A stretch of DNA of 41,575 bases from an uncultured Bacteroidales bacterium (lineage in GTDB: Bacteria; Bacteroidota; Bacteroidia; Bacteroidales; JAIOZK01), in contig CAZTAW010000001.1 of assembly GCA_964611705.1 (NCBI GenBank), forward strand, positions 1 through 41,575. The letters run 5' to 3'. Numbering within the stretch: the stretch's first letter is position 1; each line of letters opens with the position of its first letter. The notes under the pieces were generated by a model. That model saw only the letters and a list, made by a program, of their open reading frames with translations, made no database searches and was not told the origin of the DNA. Position numbers and translations under genes: made by a program. Below are positions 15,839 through 25,200 of the stretch, in pieces.

Positions 15839-16891
15839 TTAAGATTTTAATGCATTTAAACCTTTTTTGATTTTAGAGGAAAGATCAAAAAATGCTTTTC
15901 CTTCAATGCTATCTTTATCTGTGGCTACCGGTTTTCCTGTATCTCCCGATTCAGAAATACTTTGAACAAGGGGTATCTGACCCAGGAATGGTATGCCCAG
16001 CTTTTTCGCAAAGTTTTCGCTGTGGCTTTTTCCAAAAATATAGTATTTGTTGTCGGGTAATTCTGCCGGTGTGAAATACGACATATTTTCAACCACTCCC
16101 AATATTGGGACGTAAATTTTCTCCTGTTTAAAGGTAGTTGCTGCCTTTGTGACGTCAGACAAAGCAACTTTTTGAGGAGTTGTAACAATTACAGCTCCTG
16201 ATATCGGGTATTGCTGTACGAGTGTCAGGTGAATGTCGCCTGTTCCGGGTGGCATATCAATTACCAGATAATCAAGTTCACCCCAGTCAACATCAGTGAA
16301 TAACTGCTCAAGTGCCTTGCTTGCCATTGGGCCTCTCCATACAAGCCCCTGCTCAGGGTCCACAAAAAAACCGATGGAGACAAGTTTAATACCGAACTTT
16401 TCAAATGGTTTAACCTTTGTTTTACCATCAATTTCAACTGTGTACGGATGTTGTCCTTCCAGTCCGAGCATGGTAGGGATAGAAGGACCGTAAATATCCG
16501 CATCAAGCAATCCTGCTTTAGCACCCTGATTGGCAAGAGAAACAGCAAGATTGACTGCCACTGTTGATTTTCCAACGCCACCTTTCCCTGAGGCTACTGC
16601 AATCATAGTTTTAATCTTTGATAAGGTCCTTTGAGCGCTTTCATCCTCAGCAATGGGTTTTATATCTATTTTCAGATCTTTTCCAAAAGCTTCGGTTAAG
16701 GCATTTCGACTGGCTTCCGTTACGATTTTTACCGGAGGTTCATTCAATTTTGGAAAAACGATTGAAAAGCTTACATTGTTTTCATCAACATGAATATCCT
16801 TAACCATTTTTAAACTTATGATATTATCATGTTTTGGGAAAAAAATCACCTTTTCTAACACCTTAACAACCTGATCTTTTGTTAGTTTCAT
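15839..16891 (-). CDS. apbC: Mrp/ApbC/NBP35 family Fe-S cluster carrier ATPase
   Basis: It has an N-terminal DUF59-like domain, the deviant Walker A SGKGGVGKST, and DMPPGTGD. Confidence 0.9.
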   Translation of the reverse strand: MKLTKDQVVKVLEKVIFFPKHDNIISLKMVKDIHVDENNVSFSIVFPKLNEPPVKIVTEASRNALTEAFGKDLKIDIKPIAEDESAQRTLSKIKTMIAVASGKGGVGKSTVAVNLAVSLANQGAKAGLLDADIYGPSIPTMLGLEGQHPYTVEIDGKTKVKPFEKFGIKLVSIGFFVDPEQGLVWRGPMASKALEQLFTDVDWGELDYLVIDMPPGTGDIHLTLVQQYPISGAVIVTTPQKVALSDVTKAATTFKQEKIYVPILGVVENMSYFTPAELPDNKYYIFGKSHSENFAKKLGIPFLGQIPLVQSISESGDTGKPVATDKDSIEGKAFFDLSSKIKKGLNALKS

Positions 16892-16934
16892 ACCCTTCTT
16901 TGTTTTTATTTAGATTTGGTAAAATTAATAAATA

Positions 16935-17264
16935 TTATTGTAATTCCCGTGATGGATCCCAAAAATGCTTTTCAAATTCAATGATTTGATCGTTTATAAT
17001 TTCAATGCCTTCGCTTTGTAGAATATCTTTCATTACTTCACTTCCCCCGAAATGATGTTTTCCGGTTAGTATTCCGTTTCTGTTCACAACCCGGTGCGCA
17101 GGAATACCTGTCTTGTGGGTATGTGATTTGTTCATTGCCCAACCAACCATTCTGGCAGAACCTTTACTTCCAAGGTATTCAGCAATTGCTCCGTAGCTGC
17201 TGACTCTGCCATAGGGAATTTGTTTTACTACCTGATAAACTTTCCCAAAAAATGATTTATCCAT
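16935..17264 (-). CDS. MGMT-family DNA-binding protein lacking the acceptor Cys (alkyltransferase-like, ATL)
   Basis: VYQVVKQIPYGRVSSYGAIA...IPAHRVVNRNGILTG. The canonical PCHRV acceptor site reads PAHRV here. Confidence 0.8.
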   Translation of the reverse strand: MDKSFFGKVYQVVKQIPYGRVSSYGAIAEYLGSKGSARMVGWAMNKSHTHKTGIPAHRVVNRNGILTGKHHFGGSEVMKDILQSEGIEIINDQIIEFEKHFWDPSRELQ

Positions 17265-17268
17265 TGTA

Positions 17269-17937
17269 TTAATTTGTTTTAAAGCGAAGGTAGTTGATCT
17301 TTTTGTTTTTTTCGAGGTACATTTTCTCGTAAAAAGTTTGTATGCCTGTTATGAACTCATCATTGCATTTTGAATAAATATCATTAGAATGATAATGCAA
17401 CTGAAGTTTTTTTTCTTTGATCACTCCGAGGGTATAATTTACAAAAGAGTTGTTGTCGGTTTTTAAATGGATGATGCCATCGGGTTTAAGCATTCTTTTA
17501 TAAAGCTCAATGTAATGTGGATGGGTGAGTCGTTTTCTTATCCTGCTTTGTTGTGGTTGTGGATCGGGAAAAGTAAGCCATATTTCGGAAACTTCATTCT
17601 CTGCAAAGTAATGATCCAAAAGATGTATTCTGGTTCTGATAAAGGCAACATTCAAAAGCTTTTTTTTCATTGCAGTTTTGCAACCCCACCAGAGCCTGGC
17701 TCCTTTAATATCTATTCCGATAAAATTTTTATGAGGGTTTTGTTGTGCCAATTTGACCGTATATTCACCTTTGCCACAACCCAATTCAAGAATTACAGGA
17801 TTGGGATTTTTAAAATAATCCATATTCCATTTTCCTTTCAGATGAAATCCTTCATTTGTTAATTGAGAATATGAATATTGAAAAAGGTTATTAAATGTTT
17901 CGTTTTCCTTAAAGCGAATCAGTTTCTTTTTACCCAC
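17269..17937 (-). CDS. trmB: tRNA (guanine-N7)-methyltransferase
   Basis: It has the ILELGCGKGEYTV SAM motif, ...FPDPQPQ... and a typical length. Confidence 0.88.
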   Translation of the reverse strand: MGKKKLIRFKENETFNNLFQYSYSQLTNEGFHLKGKWNMDYFKNPNPVILELGCGKGEYTVKLAQQNPHKNFIGIDIKGARLWWGCKTAMKKKLLNVAFIRTRIHLLDHYFAENEVSEIWLTFPDPQPQQSRIRKRLTHPHYIELYKRMLKPDGIIHLKTDNNSFVNYTLGVIKEKKLQLHYHSNDIYSKCNDEFITGIQTFYEKMYLEKNKKINYLRFKTN

Positions 17938-17979
17938 TTCGAAAACTTTTTTTGAAGGGTTAATGAATAAAGGTTTGCA

Positions 17980-19149
17980 TTACATTTCTGAAAAGATCCA
18001 GGCTGATGGATTTTCCTCTCTTCTGATAATTGCCAGTTGCTCTTCGGCTTCCGGTCGTGTGGAATAGCCTGCATAAGCAACACGATAAAATCCGTATTGG
18101 TTTCTGCCGATAATGGCAGCATCAAAATTCTTTTGATAAAGCTGCCTGACCAGCTTATTGGCATTACCTTCATCTTCGAAAGAACCTGCAATGATATAAA
18201 ACCGGGGTGGCGTTATTTCAGGTTCATTCTTGTAAATATCATTATCATGCTGCTCGGTAATTTCTTCGTCATCCCGATCGGATATAGTTTCTTCTTGCTG
18301 AATATTGTTGTTGGTAGTTGAATTATCAAGGGTTTCAGAAAGTTCTTCCGCCTGATTATCTAATGATGCTGGCATTTCTTCATTTTCCTGAAATACAATG
18401 CGTTCATTGGTTCGATTAGCAGTAAATTTATTTTGATTGCTGTTTCCTGGTATTTTATCCCCGTGGTTCATAATAAAATATTCGTTAGGGGTGCTGTAAA
18501 AAAATGGAATCACGCTTGAATAATTATTATACAGTTTTTGGATGGAGCCAAAATTTACCACCACCAAAGCAATAACAGTCAGCAAAATGATTAATCCAAA
18601 AACATTGATGGTAACATACCTGGGTTTTTTAACCTGGTTTACCGGTGGAATTTCTTTTGCTGCCTCGGGTTCTTTCTCTTTTTTTGGTTTTCTGTCTTTG
18701 AACTTTTTCTCTATTCTAACAGAAGGGTCCCTCTTGATTGCCGGAGAAATAAAAGACCTAAGGCCATACGAATCAGCAAGGTAGTTGTATGAATTGTCAG
18801 GTTCAAAAAGTATTTCACCGCTGGTTTCTTTAAAGAGAATACCTATTTTATGAAAATGAATTCTTTTATAATTATCCAGTGCTTTGTGGCATTTGGCAAC
18901 AAAGTTATCAACCCGCATTCTGGCATCCGTATAAGAAATCTTTTCTTTTTCGGCAATTTGGTTAACAAGCATGCCGTCATTGGTTTGCAGCCGTGCATTG
19001 AAAACAATTTTTTTAGATGGGGGTGAAAAAGAATGCTGACTTGTATTGATCTTGGCTGGCAACTCATTGGTAATAAAACCACCCAGCCCCGGAATTACAA
19101 CACATTCATATTCAAAAAGTAAGTTACTGATATATTTAGCGATCCTCAT
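17980..19149 (-). CDS. HU-CCDC81-like / SPOR domain membrane protein
   Basis: It has the N-terminal LLFEYECVVIPGLGGF block, one TM helix, a low-complexity acidic linker and a C-terminal SPOR-like domain (FYIIAGSFEDEGNANKLVRQL...YRVAYAGYSTRPEAE). Confidence 0.75.
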   Translation of the reverse strand: MRIAKYISNLLFEYECVVIPGLGGFITNELPAKINTSQHSFSPPSKKIVFNARLQTNDGMLVNQIAEKEKISYTDARMRVDNFVAKCHKALDNYKRIHFHKIGILFKETSGEILFEPDNSYNYLADSYGLRSFISPAIKRDPSVRIEKKFKDRKPKKEKEPEAAKEIPPVNQVKKPRYVTINVFGLIILLTVIALVVVNFGSIQKLYNNYSSVIPFFYSTPNEYFIMNHGDKIPGNSNQNKFTANRTNERIVFQENEEMPASLDNQAEELSETLDNSTTNNNIQQEETISDRDDEEITEQHDNDIYKNEPEITPPRFYIIAGSFEDEGNANKLVRQLYQKNFDAAIIGRNQYGFYRVAYAGYSTRPEAEEQLAIIRREENPSAWIFSEM

Positions 19150-19210
19150 TTGCCCTGATCTTCAATTGAAAATAATCAATCTGCTAAATTACTACCTAAT
19201 TAAGAATTAA

Positions 19211-19948
19211 TCAAATATTGTTAATAAGTTTTTTCAGGTCTTCGGCTGTGTCTATGCCATGACTTTCATAATCAGTAAAATCAACTTTGATTGTATATCC
19301 ATTCTCGATCCAGCGAAGCTGTTCAAGTGATTCGGCCTTTTCCAGCTTTCCTTTTTCAAATTTCGTGATTTTTTCAAGAATTTCGGTTCTATAGCCATAA
19401 ATACCAATATGTTTGTAATAATTATGGTTTTTAATCCATGCTTCTTTTTCTTTTCCCCGAAAATAGGGTATGGTATTCCGGCTAAAATAAATTGCCTTAT
19501 TATTATTGTCAATGATGATCTTTACAACATTCGGATTAAATAATTCTTCTGTTGAACTGATCTTAAATGCAAGGGTTGCTATTTCAGTTTCGGGTTGAAG
19601 AAAACATGCAGCAACTATATCAATTTGCCTGGGATGAATAAAAGGTTCGTCACCCTGTATGTTGATCACGATCTTGAATTCTTCATCAAGTTTTTCAATG
19701 ATCTCTCCGCATCTTTCCGTTCCCGAATTATGTTCCGTTGATGTCATCATGGCTTTGCCGCCAAAGTTGATCACATGCTCAAGTATTCTGTTGTCGTCGG
19801 TGGCAACTATAAGATCGGTGAGAAGGCTTGCGTTTGATGCCTGTTCAAAAACTCTGCGAATCATGGATTTGCCATGTATCATAGCCAGCGGTTTACCGGG
19901 AAAACGAGTTGAAGCGTAGCGTGCAGGTATGATTCCAAGAATTTTCAT
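19211..19948 (-). CDS. kdsB: 3-deoxy-manno-octulosonate cytidylyltransferase (CMP-KDO synthetase)
   Basis: MKILGIIPARYASTRFPGKPL...NIQGDEP... are the classic KdsB blocks. Confidence 0.92.
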   Translation of the reverse strand: MKILGIIPARYASTRFPGKPLAMIHGKSMIRRVFEQASNASLLTDLIVATDDNRILEHVINFGGKAMMTSTEHNSGTERCGEIIEKLDEEFKIVINIQGDEPFIHPRQIDIVAACFLQPETEIATLAFKISSTEELFNPNVVKIIIDNNNKAIYFSRNTIPYFRGKEKEAWIKNHNYYKHIGIYGYRTEILEKITKFEKGKLEKAESLEQLRWIENGYTIKVDFTDYESHGIDTAEDLKKLINNI

Positions 19949-20027
19949 AATATAAAAAATAATTTTCCTTTTTTAAACAGGATCATTGATATAATCAGAG
20001 ATTGTAAAGGCATTTTGCGGTGCGGAA

Positions 20028-20645
20028 TTATTCGAAGAGCCCGTGAATTTCTGCATTGATCTTTTCAATGATCCTGCCCAGGTCTTCGGCATTGTCCTCA
20101 AAATTAATCTCATCTACATCAATAATCAATAATTTACCAAGATCATATTTGTTAATCCAGGATTCATAGCGTTGATTCAGGCTTTTCAGGTAATCAAGCC
20201 GGATAGATGCTTCGTATTCGCGGCCCCTGCGTTGAATCTGATTTACCAGGTTGGGAACGCTTGAACGCAGAAAAATCAGCAGATCGGGTGCTTTAATAAA
20301 TTGTGACATTAATTCGAAAATTGAACTGTAATTCTCGAAATCCCTTGTGGTCATCAGGTTCATTTCGTGTAGATTGGGTGCAAAAATATAGGCATCTTCA
20401 TAAATGGTTCTGTCCTGAATAACGCTTTTTCCGCTTTGCCGGATTTTGATGATTTGCCTGAAACGATTGTTCAGAAAATATATTTGCAGGTTGAACGACC
20501 ATCTTTGCATATCTTCATAAAAGCTATGTAAGTAAGGATTTGTTTCCACATCCTCATAATGGGCTTCCCATCCGAAATGTTTGGCCAGTAACCTGGTAAG
20601 GGTTGTCTTACCTGCTCCGATGTTACCTGCTACGGCTATATGCAT
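20028..20645 (-). CDS. deoxynucleoside kinase
   Basis: It has the P-loop GNIGAGKTT, ...NPYL..FY.D..RW.F.LQ..F and the DRTIYED motif. Confidence 0.88.
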   Translation of the reverse strand: MHIAVAGNIGAGKTTLTRLLAKHFGWEAHYEDVETNPYLHSFYEDMQRWSFNLQIYFLNNRFRQIIKIRQSGKSVIQDRTIYEDAYIFAPNLHEMNLMTTRDFENYSSIFELMSQFIKAPDLLIFLRSSVPNLVNQIQRRGREYEASIRLDYLKSLNQRYESWINKYDLGKLLIIDVDEINFEDNAEDLGRIIEKINAEIHGLFE

Positions 20646-20682
20646 AACTCGAAATGTTTTTATTCAACGAATGTATAAATAA

Positions 20683-22209
20683 TTATGATTTGAGAGATGA
20701 ATCAATCAGATTTAATATTTCCTCAATATATTTTCTGTGGTTGGCCAGGCGGGGTACTTTGTTTTGTCCGCCGAGCTTACCTCGTTGTTTCATCCATTTG
20801 TAAAAAGTTTTTTCCGGAACAGGTTTCACGATTGGTTCCCTCAAAACCATATCCTGGTACCTTTTCGCCTCGTAGTCGGAGTTCAGAGATTTTAATGTTT
20901 TATCCAGTTCGTCAACAAAGTCATTAAAATTAACGGGTTCGGATTCGAACTCGATCAGCCACTCATGTGCAGCATTTTTATCTTTACTGAAATATACAGG
21001 TGCAGCAGTATATTCTGTTATGATGGCTCCTGTTTTGGCAGCAGCTTTCGACAAAGCATTTTCTGCATTGTCAATAATAACTTCTTCACCAACCGCATTG
21101 ATGAAGTTTTTTGTACGCCCGGTTACCTGCACGCGATAAGGGTTAAGGGAGGTAAACTGTATGGTATCTCCGATGACATATCTCCACAAACCTCCGTTGG
21201 TGCTGATGATGAGCGCATAGTTTGCATGAATTTCAACCTGATCAAGACCGAGTGTAACAGGATTTTCTTCATCCAATTGATCAAGCGGCATGAACTCGTA
21301 ATAAATTCCATAGTCGAGCAACAATAGCATTTCATCCGAGTTCTTCCTGTCCTGAATTGCAAAAAATCCTTCGGAGGCATTATAAGTCTCGAAGTAATTC
21401 ATTCCCTCAGGAAAAAGCTGATTGTATTGTTCACGATAAGGTGCAAAATTCACTCCCCCATGAAAGAACACTTCCAGATTGGGCCAGATATCTTTAATTC
21501 TATCTTTATCTGAGATAGAAAGCAGGCGTTTTAACAAAAGCAATGTCCACGAGGGTACACCGGAGAGACTGGTGATATTGTCTGTGAGCGTTTCCCTGGC
21601 CATGTTTTCAATTTTTTCTTCCCACTTGTCATGAAGTGCCAATTTTTTCCCGGGTGCTCTGATATACTCGGCCCATACAGGCAGGTTTTGTATAATAATT
21701 GCAGACAGGTCTCCGATGTGATAGCTGTAGTTTTTTTCTTTGGTGATTTGCCTGCTACCTCCCATTGCCAGACTTTTCCCATTGAATATTTTGGTTTTTT
21801 GGAAATTGTTGCAATAAAGAGCAAGCATATCCTTTCCACCTTTGAAGTGGCAATCATGGAGGGATTCTTTACTTATGGGAATATATTTACTTCTATCGCT
21901 GGTAGTACCCGAAGATTTTGCAAACCAATGGATGGGAGTATTCCAGAGCAACTTCTTCTCTCCTTTCATTACCCGGTTTATGTATGGCTTCAGGGAATCA
22001 TAATCATTAACCGGTACGCGTTTTTTAAATTGAGCGGGTGTTGCGATGGTTCTATAATCATATCTTCGTCCCCATTCGGTTTCCCTGCCGGCACGAATAA
22101 GTTTATAAAAGCACTCCTGTTGAACATCATGCGGATGCTTTTTGAAATGTTCGATTTTTTTTATCCTTTTCGAAAGGAAATGCTTTATTAAGGTATTAAG
22201 TATTGCCAT
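20683..22209 (-). CDS. GH3 auxin-responsive-promoter family (acyl-adenylate-forming-like) protein
   Basis: FAKSSGTTSDRSKYIP and the overall layout are typical of bacterial GH3-domain proteins. The start is moved to MAILNT (ATG 22209), which has a -7 box 29 nt upstream. Confidence 0.8.
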   Translation of the reverse strand: MAILNTLIKHFLSKRIKKIEHFKKHPHDVQQECFYKLIRAGRETEWGRRYDYRTIATPAQFKKRVPVNDYDSLKPYINRVMKGEKKLLWNTPIHWFAKSSGTTSDRSKYIPISKESLHDCHFKGGKDMLALYCNNFQKTKIFNGKSLAMGGSRQITKEKNYSYHIGDLSAIIIQNLPVWAEYIRAPGKKLALHDKWEEKIENMARETLTDNITSLSGVPSWTLLLLKRLLSISDKDRIKDIWPNLEVFFHGGVNFAPYREQYNQLFPEGMNYFETYNASEGFFAIQDRKNSDEMLLLLDYGIYYEFMPLDQLDEENPVTLGLDQVEIHANYALIISTNGGLWRYVIGDTIQFTSLNPYRVQVTGRTKNFINAVGEEVIIDNAENALSKAAAKTGAIITEYTAAPVYFSKDKNAAHEWLIEFESEPVNFNDFVDELDKTLKSLNSDYEAKRYQDMVLREPIVKPVPEKTFYKWMKQRGKLGGQNKVPRLANHRKYIEEILNLIDSSLKS

Positions 22210-22238
22210 CAGAACTGCATTCTTCTTTTGCCTGTTTT

Positions 22239-22246
22239 CAAAAATA
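22239..22246 (-). promoter_or_regulatory. Bacteroidota -7 promoter box (TATTTTTG)
   Basis: Matches TAnnTTTG and lies 29 nt upstream of ATG 22209. Confidence 0.4.
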
Positions 22247-22277
22247 CAATAATAATAATTCATTCTCTATCTTTTTA

Positions 22278-22285
22278 TAGATTTG
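22278..22285 (+). promoter_or_regulatory. Bacteroidota -7 promoter box (TAGATTTG)
   Basis: Matches TAnnTTTG and lies 17 nt upstream of ATG 22303. Confidence 0.4.
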
Positions 22286-22302
22286 TTGAAAGAATTACGA
22301 AG

Positions 22303-23115
22303 ATGATCAACTTTCCAAATGGTAAAATTAATTTGGGCCTGTCGGTGTTAAGAAAAAGAGAAGACGGATATCATGATATAGAATCCGTATTTTATCCGGT
22401 TGGGTTGCAGGATGCTCTTGAAATTGTGGATGCATCTGATAATAAATTCCGGTTTTCGTTGAGCGGACTTACGATTGATGGAGAGCACAGTGAAAATCTC
22501 TGTATTAGAGCATTTGAATTGCTACGAAAAAACTATGGGATATCTCCTGTGCACATGCATCTTCACAAAGCAATTCCTATACAGGCTGGTCTAGGTGGTG
22601 GTTCGGCAAATGGTGCTTTTACCATTAAACTATTAAACCGACATTTTAAGCTGTACTTATCAGGTGAAAAAATGAAAGAACTCGCTGCTCAACTGGGAAG
22701 CGATTGTTCTTTTTTTATTCTAAACCAACCGGCGTTGGTTAATGGAAGGGGAGAGAAATTTCGGCAAATTAGCTTTTCTCTTGATAAATATTACGTGGTG
22801 ATTGTTAAGCCGGATGCAGGTATCAGCACAGTTTTGGCATACTCAAAAATACATCCGGAGGCTAATATTCAATCCTTAACCGATATTGTTACCAAACCCA
22901 TCGCTGAATGGAAAGATAAGCTTATCAATGATTTTGAAAAACCTGTTTTTGAAATGCTTCCACAGTTGGCTGCAATAAAAAGCAAACTCTATAAAAAGGG
23001 AGCAATCTATGCTGCAATGAGCGGAAGTGGTTCAGCAATATATGGTATATTTGATCATGAGGTTGATCTTAAAAATGAATTTGAGGGATGTTTTGTTTGG
23101 AACGGTAAAGCCTGA
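22303..23115 (+). CDS. ispE: 4-diphosphocytidyl-2-C-methyl-D-erythritol kinase
   Basis: It has GKINLGLSVLRKREDGYHDIESVF and the GHMP motif GLGGGSANG. The start is at MINFPNG. Confidence 0.9.
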   Translation: MINFPNGKINLGLSVLRKREDGYHDIESVFYPVGLQDALEIVDASDNKFRFSLSGLTIDGEHSENLCIRAFELLRKNYGISPVHMHLHKAIPIQAGLGGGSANGAFTIKLLNRHFKLYLSGEKMKELAAQLGSDCSFFILNQPALVNGRGEKFRQISFSLDKYYVVIVKPDAGISTVLAYSKIHPEANIQSLTDIVTKPIAEWKDKLINDFEKPVFEMLPQLAAIKSKLYKKGAIYAAMSGSGSAIYGIFDHEVDLKNEFEGCFVWNGKA

Positions 23116-23142
23116 TCCTGATAAAATTCATTATTTCCGGCT

Positions 23143-24219
23143 TTATTTGGGTGCCAGTTTAAGAAGAATTAGTCCGAGGATGGTAAAAATGATATTTGGT
23201 ATCCAGGCAGCAACGTTCGGGGATAAACTACCCAGAGTGGCAAAAACCGTGGAAATTTGCATAAACAATATATAAGCAAAAGTAATGGCGATTCCCAACC
23301 CAAGGTGCATGCCAATTCCACCTCGCAATTTCCTGCTTGACAAAGCAACACCGATGAGGGTCATGACCAGTGTAGCAAAAGGTGATGCGATACGTTTGCT
23401 TCGTTCAACTTCATAAGATTTTACCTTTTCTGATCCTTTAAGCTTTTCCTGGCGGATGCGTTCGTTCAATTCAAAATAATTCATTTCCTCAAAATCTTCC
23501 TTGTAGAAAAAAAAATCGGTGGGTTTAAGCGAAAGGACCGTATCCAGCGTTTTTCCTTTAATCAGGTTTTCCTGGTTATGAGCCAGTTCCCTGATATAAT
23601 AATCTTCAATGATCCAGTTTTGGTTTACTGAATCCCATCTGATCCTTTCTGCATTAAGCTTGTATTGAAGTTCGGAATTCTTATATTTTTCAATTGAGAA
23701 CCTGATTCCGGAATTGGTCGTCACATTAAAATTTTCAACATAAACAAAAGTGCCCGGAACCATTTGCAAGTGAATATGCCGGTCTTTGGCCTTTAGAAGG
23801 TTTTCCATGTAGGTGTCCTTAAAAACCCTTCTTTTTTGATTGGTACGTGGAATGAGAAAATTCGCAAGGTAAAAAGACACAATAGCCAGGAAAACTGCTG
23901 AAATAAAGTAAGGTCGTAAAAACCTGTGAAAGCTTATCCCGCTGCTAAGGAAAGCAATAATCTCAGTATTCGAAGCCATTTTTGAAGTGAAAAAGATCAC
24001 CGAAATAAATGTAAACAGATAAATAAACAGATTGATAAAGTAAGGAATGAAGTTTAAATAATATGAAAGCACAATTTCTTCAATAGGTGCATTATGCTCA
24101 AGGAAATCATCAATGTTTTCACTGATATCAAAAATAATTACAATGATAATAAGCAGGGAAATAGCATAAATAAATGTTCCGAGAAATTTTTTAATGATAT
24201 AAAAATCAATAATCTTCAT
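23143..24219 (-). CDS. LptF/LptG family LPS export permease
   Basis: The N-terminus MKIIDFYIIKKFLGTF and the 6-TM layout with a periplasmic beta-jellyroll insert match the YjgP/YjgQ family. Confidence 0.85.
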   Translation of the reverse strand: MKIIDFYIIKKFLGTFIYAISLLIIIVIIFDISENIDDFLEHNAPIEEIVLSYYLNFIPYFINLFIYLFTFISVIFFTSKMASNTEIIAFLSSGISFHRFLRPYFISAVFLAIVSFYLANFLIPRTNQKRRVFKDTYMENLLKAKDRHIHLQMVPGTFVYVENFNVTTNSGIRFSIEKYKNSELQYKLNAERIRWDSVNQNWIIEDYYIRELAHNQENLIKGKTLDTVLSLKPTDFFFYKEDFEEMNYFELNERIRQEKLKGSEKVKSYEVERSKRIASPFATLVMTLIGVALSSRKLRGGIGMHLGLGIAITFAYILFMQISTVFATLGSLSPNVAAWIPNIIFTILGLILLKLAPK

Positions 24220-24251
24220 TCAATACCTGGGAAAATTTTTGTTTATAAAGG

Positions 24252-24259
24252 CAAATTTA
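24252..24259 (-). promoter_or_regulatory. Bacteroidota -7 promoter box (TAAATTTG)
   Basis: Matches TAnnTTTG and lies 32 nt upstream of ATG 24219. Confidence 0.35.
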
Positions 24260-24304
24260 AGAAAGATTCCTCAGCCTTTCCTGCCAATAGATTGAAGAAC
24301 GTAT

Positions 24305-25072
24305 TTATTCAGGGAAAATTATTTCCTGCTGGTTTTCGGGAACCAGGCTATTGTAATAAACAATTGACCAGTTTCCTTCACTATCTTCCACCAATGCCGA
24401 CATGCTTTCAACCCAGTCGCCCGAGTTCATATACTCAATACCTTCAATTGTTTTCTTATCAGGATGGTGGATATGTCCACAGATGATACCATCGTAATTG
24501 CGACTTTGGGCATATTTAACCATCACTTTTTCAAAATCGCTCATAAAACTAACAGCAGTTTTTATTTTATGCTTTATTTCCTGAGACAGGGAATAGTAAG
24601 GTAGCCCTTTTAACCTTCTTCTTTTGTTGTGCCAGCGGTTAAGCCACAGCAAGAGTTTATAACCGACATCCCCCAATCTGGCAAGCCATTTGACTTTGGA
24701 ACTTACCACATCGAAAATATCACCATGAGTAACAAAATAAGTTTTCCCTCTGCTTGTCAATTCATAGGATTCAACAATGCTGAACATTCCAATATCCAAT
24801 GGAACAATTGAATCCAGGAAATCATCATGGTTGCCTCTGATGTAAATTACTTCGGTTTTTTTGTCTTCCATCATTTTAAGGATTCGTCTGAAAACGCGTG
24901 TATCCTTTTTATTCCACTTTCCGCGGCGTTTCAGGTTCCAGCCGTCAATCATATCCCCGTTCATGATCAATCTGTCGCATGAATTGAATTTAAGAAATTT
25001 TGACAGTTCCCTGGATTTGGCATCTTTTGTACCCAGATGGGCATCGCTTATGATAATGGTTTTATAGTGCAT
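24305..25072 (-). CDS. lpxH: UDP-2,3-diacylglucosamine diphosphatase (LpxH-type metallophosphoesterase)
   Basis: The calcineurin-like motifs ISDAHLG, NGDMIDGW, GNHDDF and GHIH are present, and the size is LpxH-like. Confidence 0.75.
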   Translation of the reverse strand: MHYKTIIISDAHLGTKDAKSRELSKFLKFNSCDRLIMNGDMIDGWNLKRRGKWNKKDTRVFRRILKMMEDKKTEVIYIRGNHDDFLDSIVPLDIGMFSIVESYELTSRGKTYFVTHGDIFDVVSSKVKWLARLGDVGYKLLLWLNRWHNKRRRLKGLPYYSLSQEIKHKIKTAVSFMSDFEKVMVKYAQSRNYDGIICGHIHHPDKKTIEGIEYMNSGDWVESMSALVEDSEGNWSIVYYNSLVPENQQEIIFPE

Positions 25073-25200
25073 TCGATTCCTGAAAAAGCCTGATTACAAA
25101 TCCCGAAAAGTAATCATTTATATATTTATTTCAGGAAGTTTTTTTCTGAAGTTTTCATTTCCCGGAATCAAAATAATTATCATCATGAAAAGATAAAGCT

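Noticed and set aside
25077-25137. 9-bp perfect inverted repeat TTCCTGAAA / TTTCAGGAA between GT-C paralogue 1 and lpxH, considered as an invertible promoter switch
   Set aside because: The arms are too short and the 43-nt spacer too small for a typical recombinase-driven inverton. No recombinase gene is nearby. It is more likely an incidental intercistronic stem.
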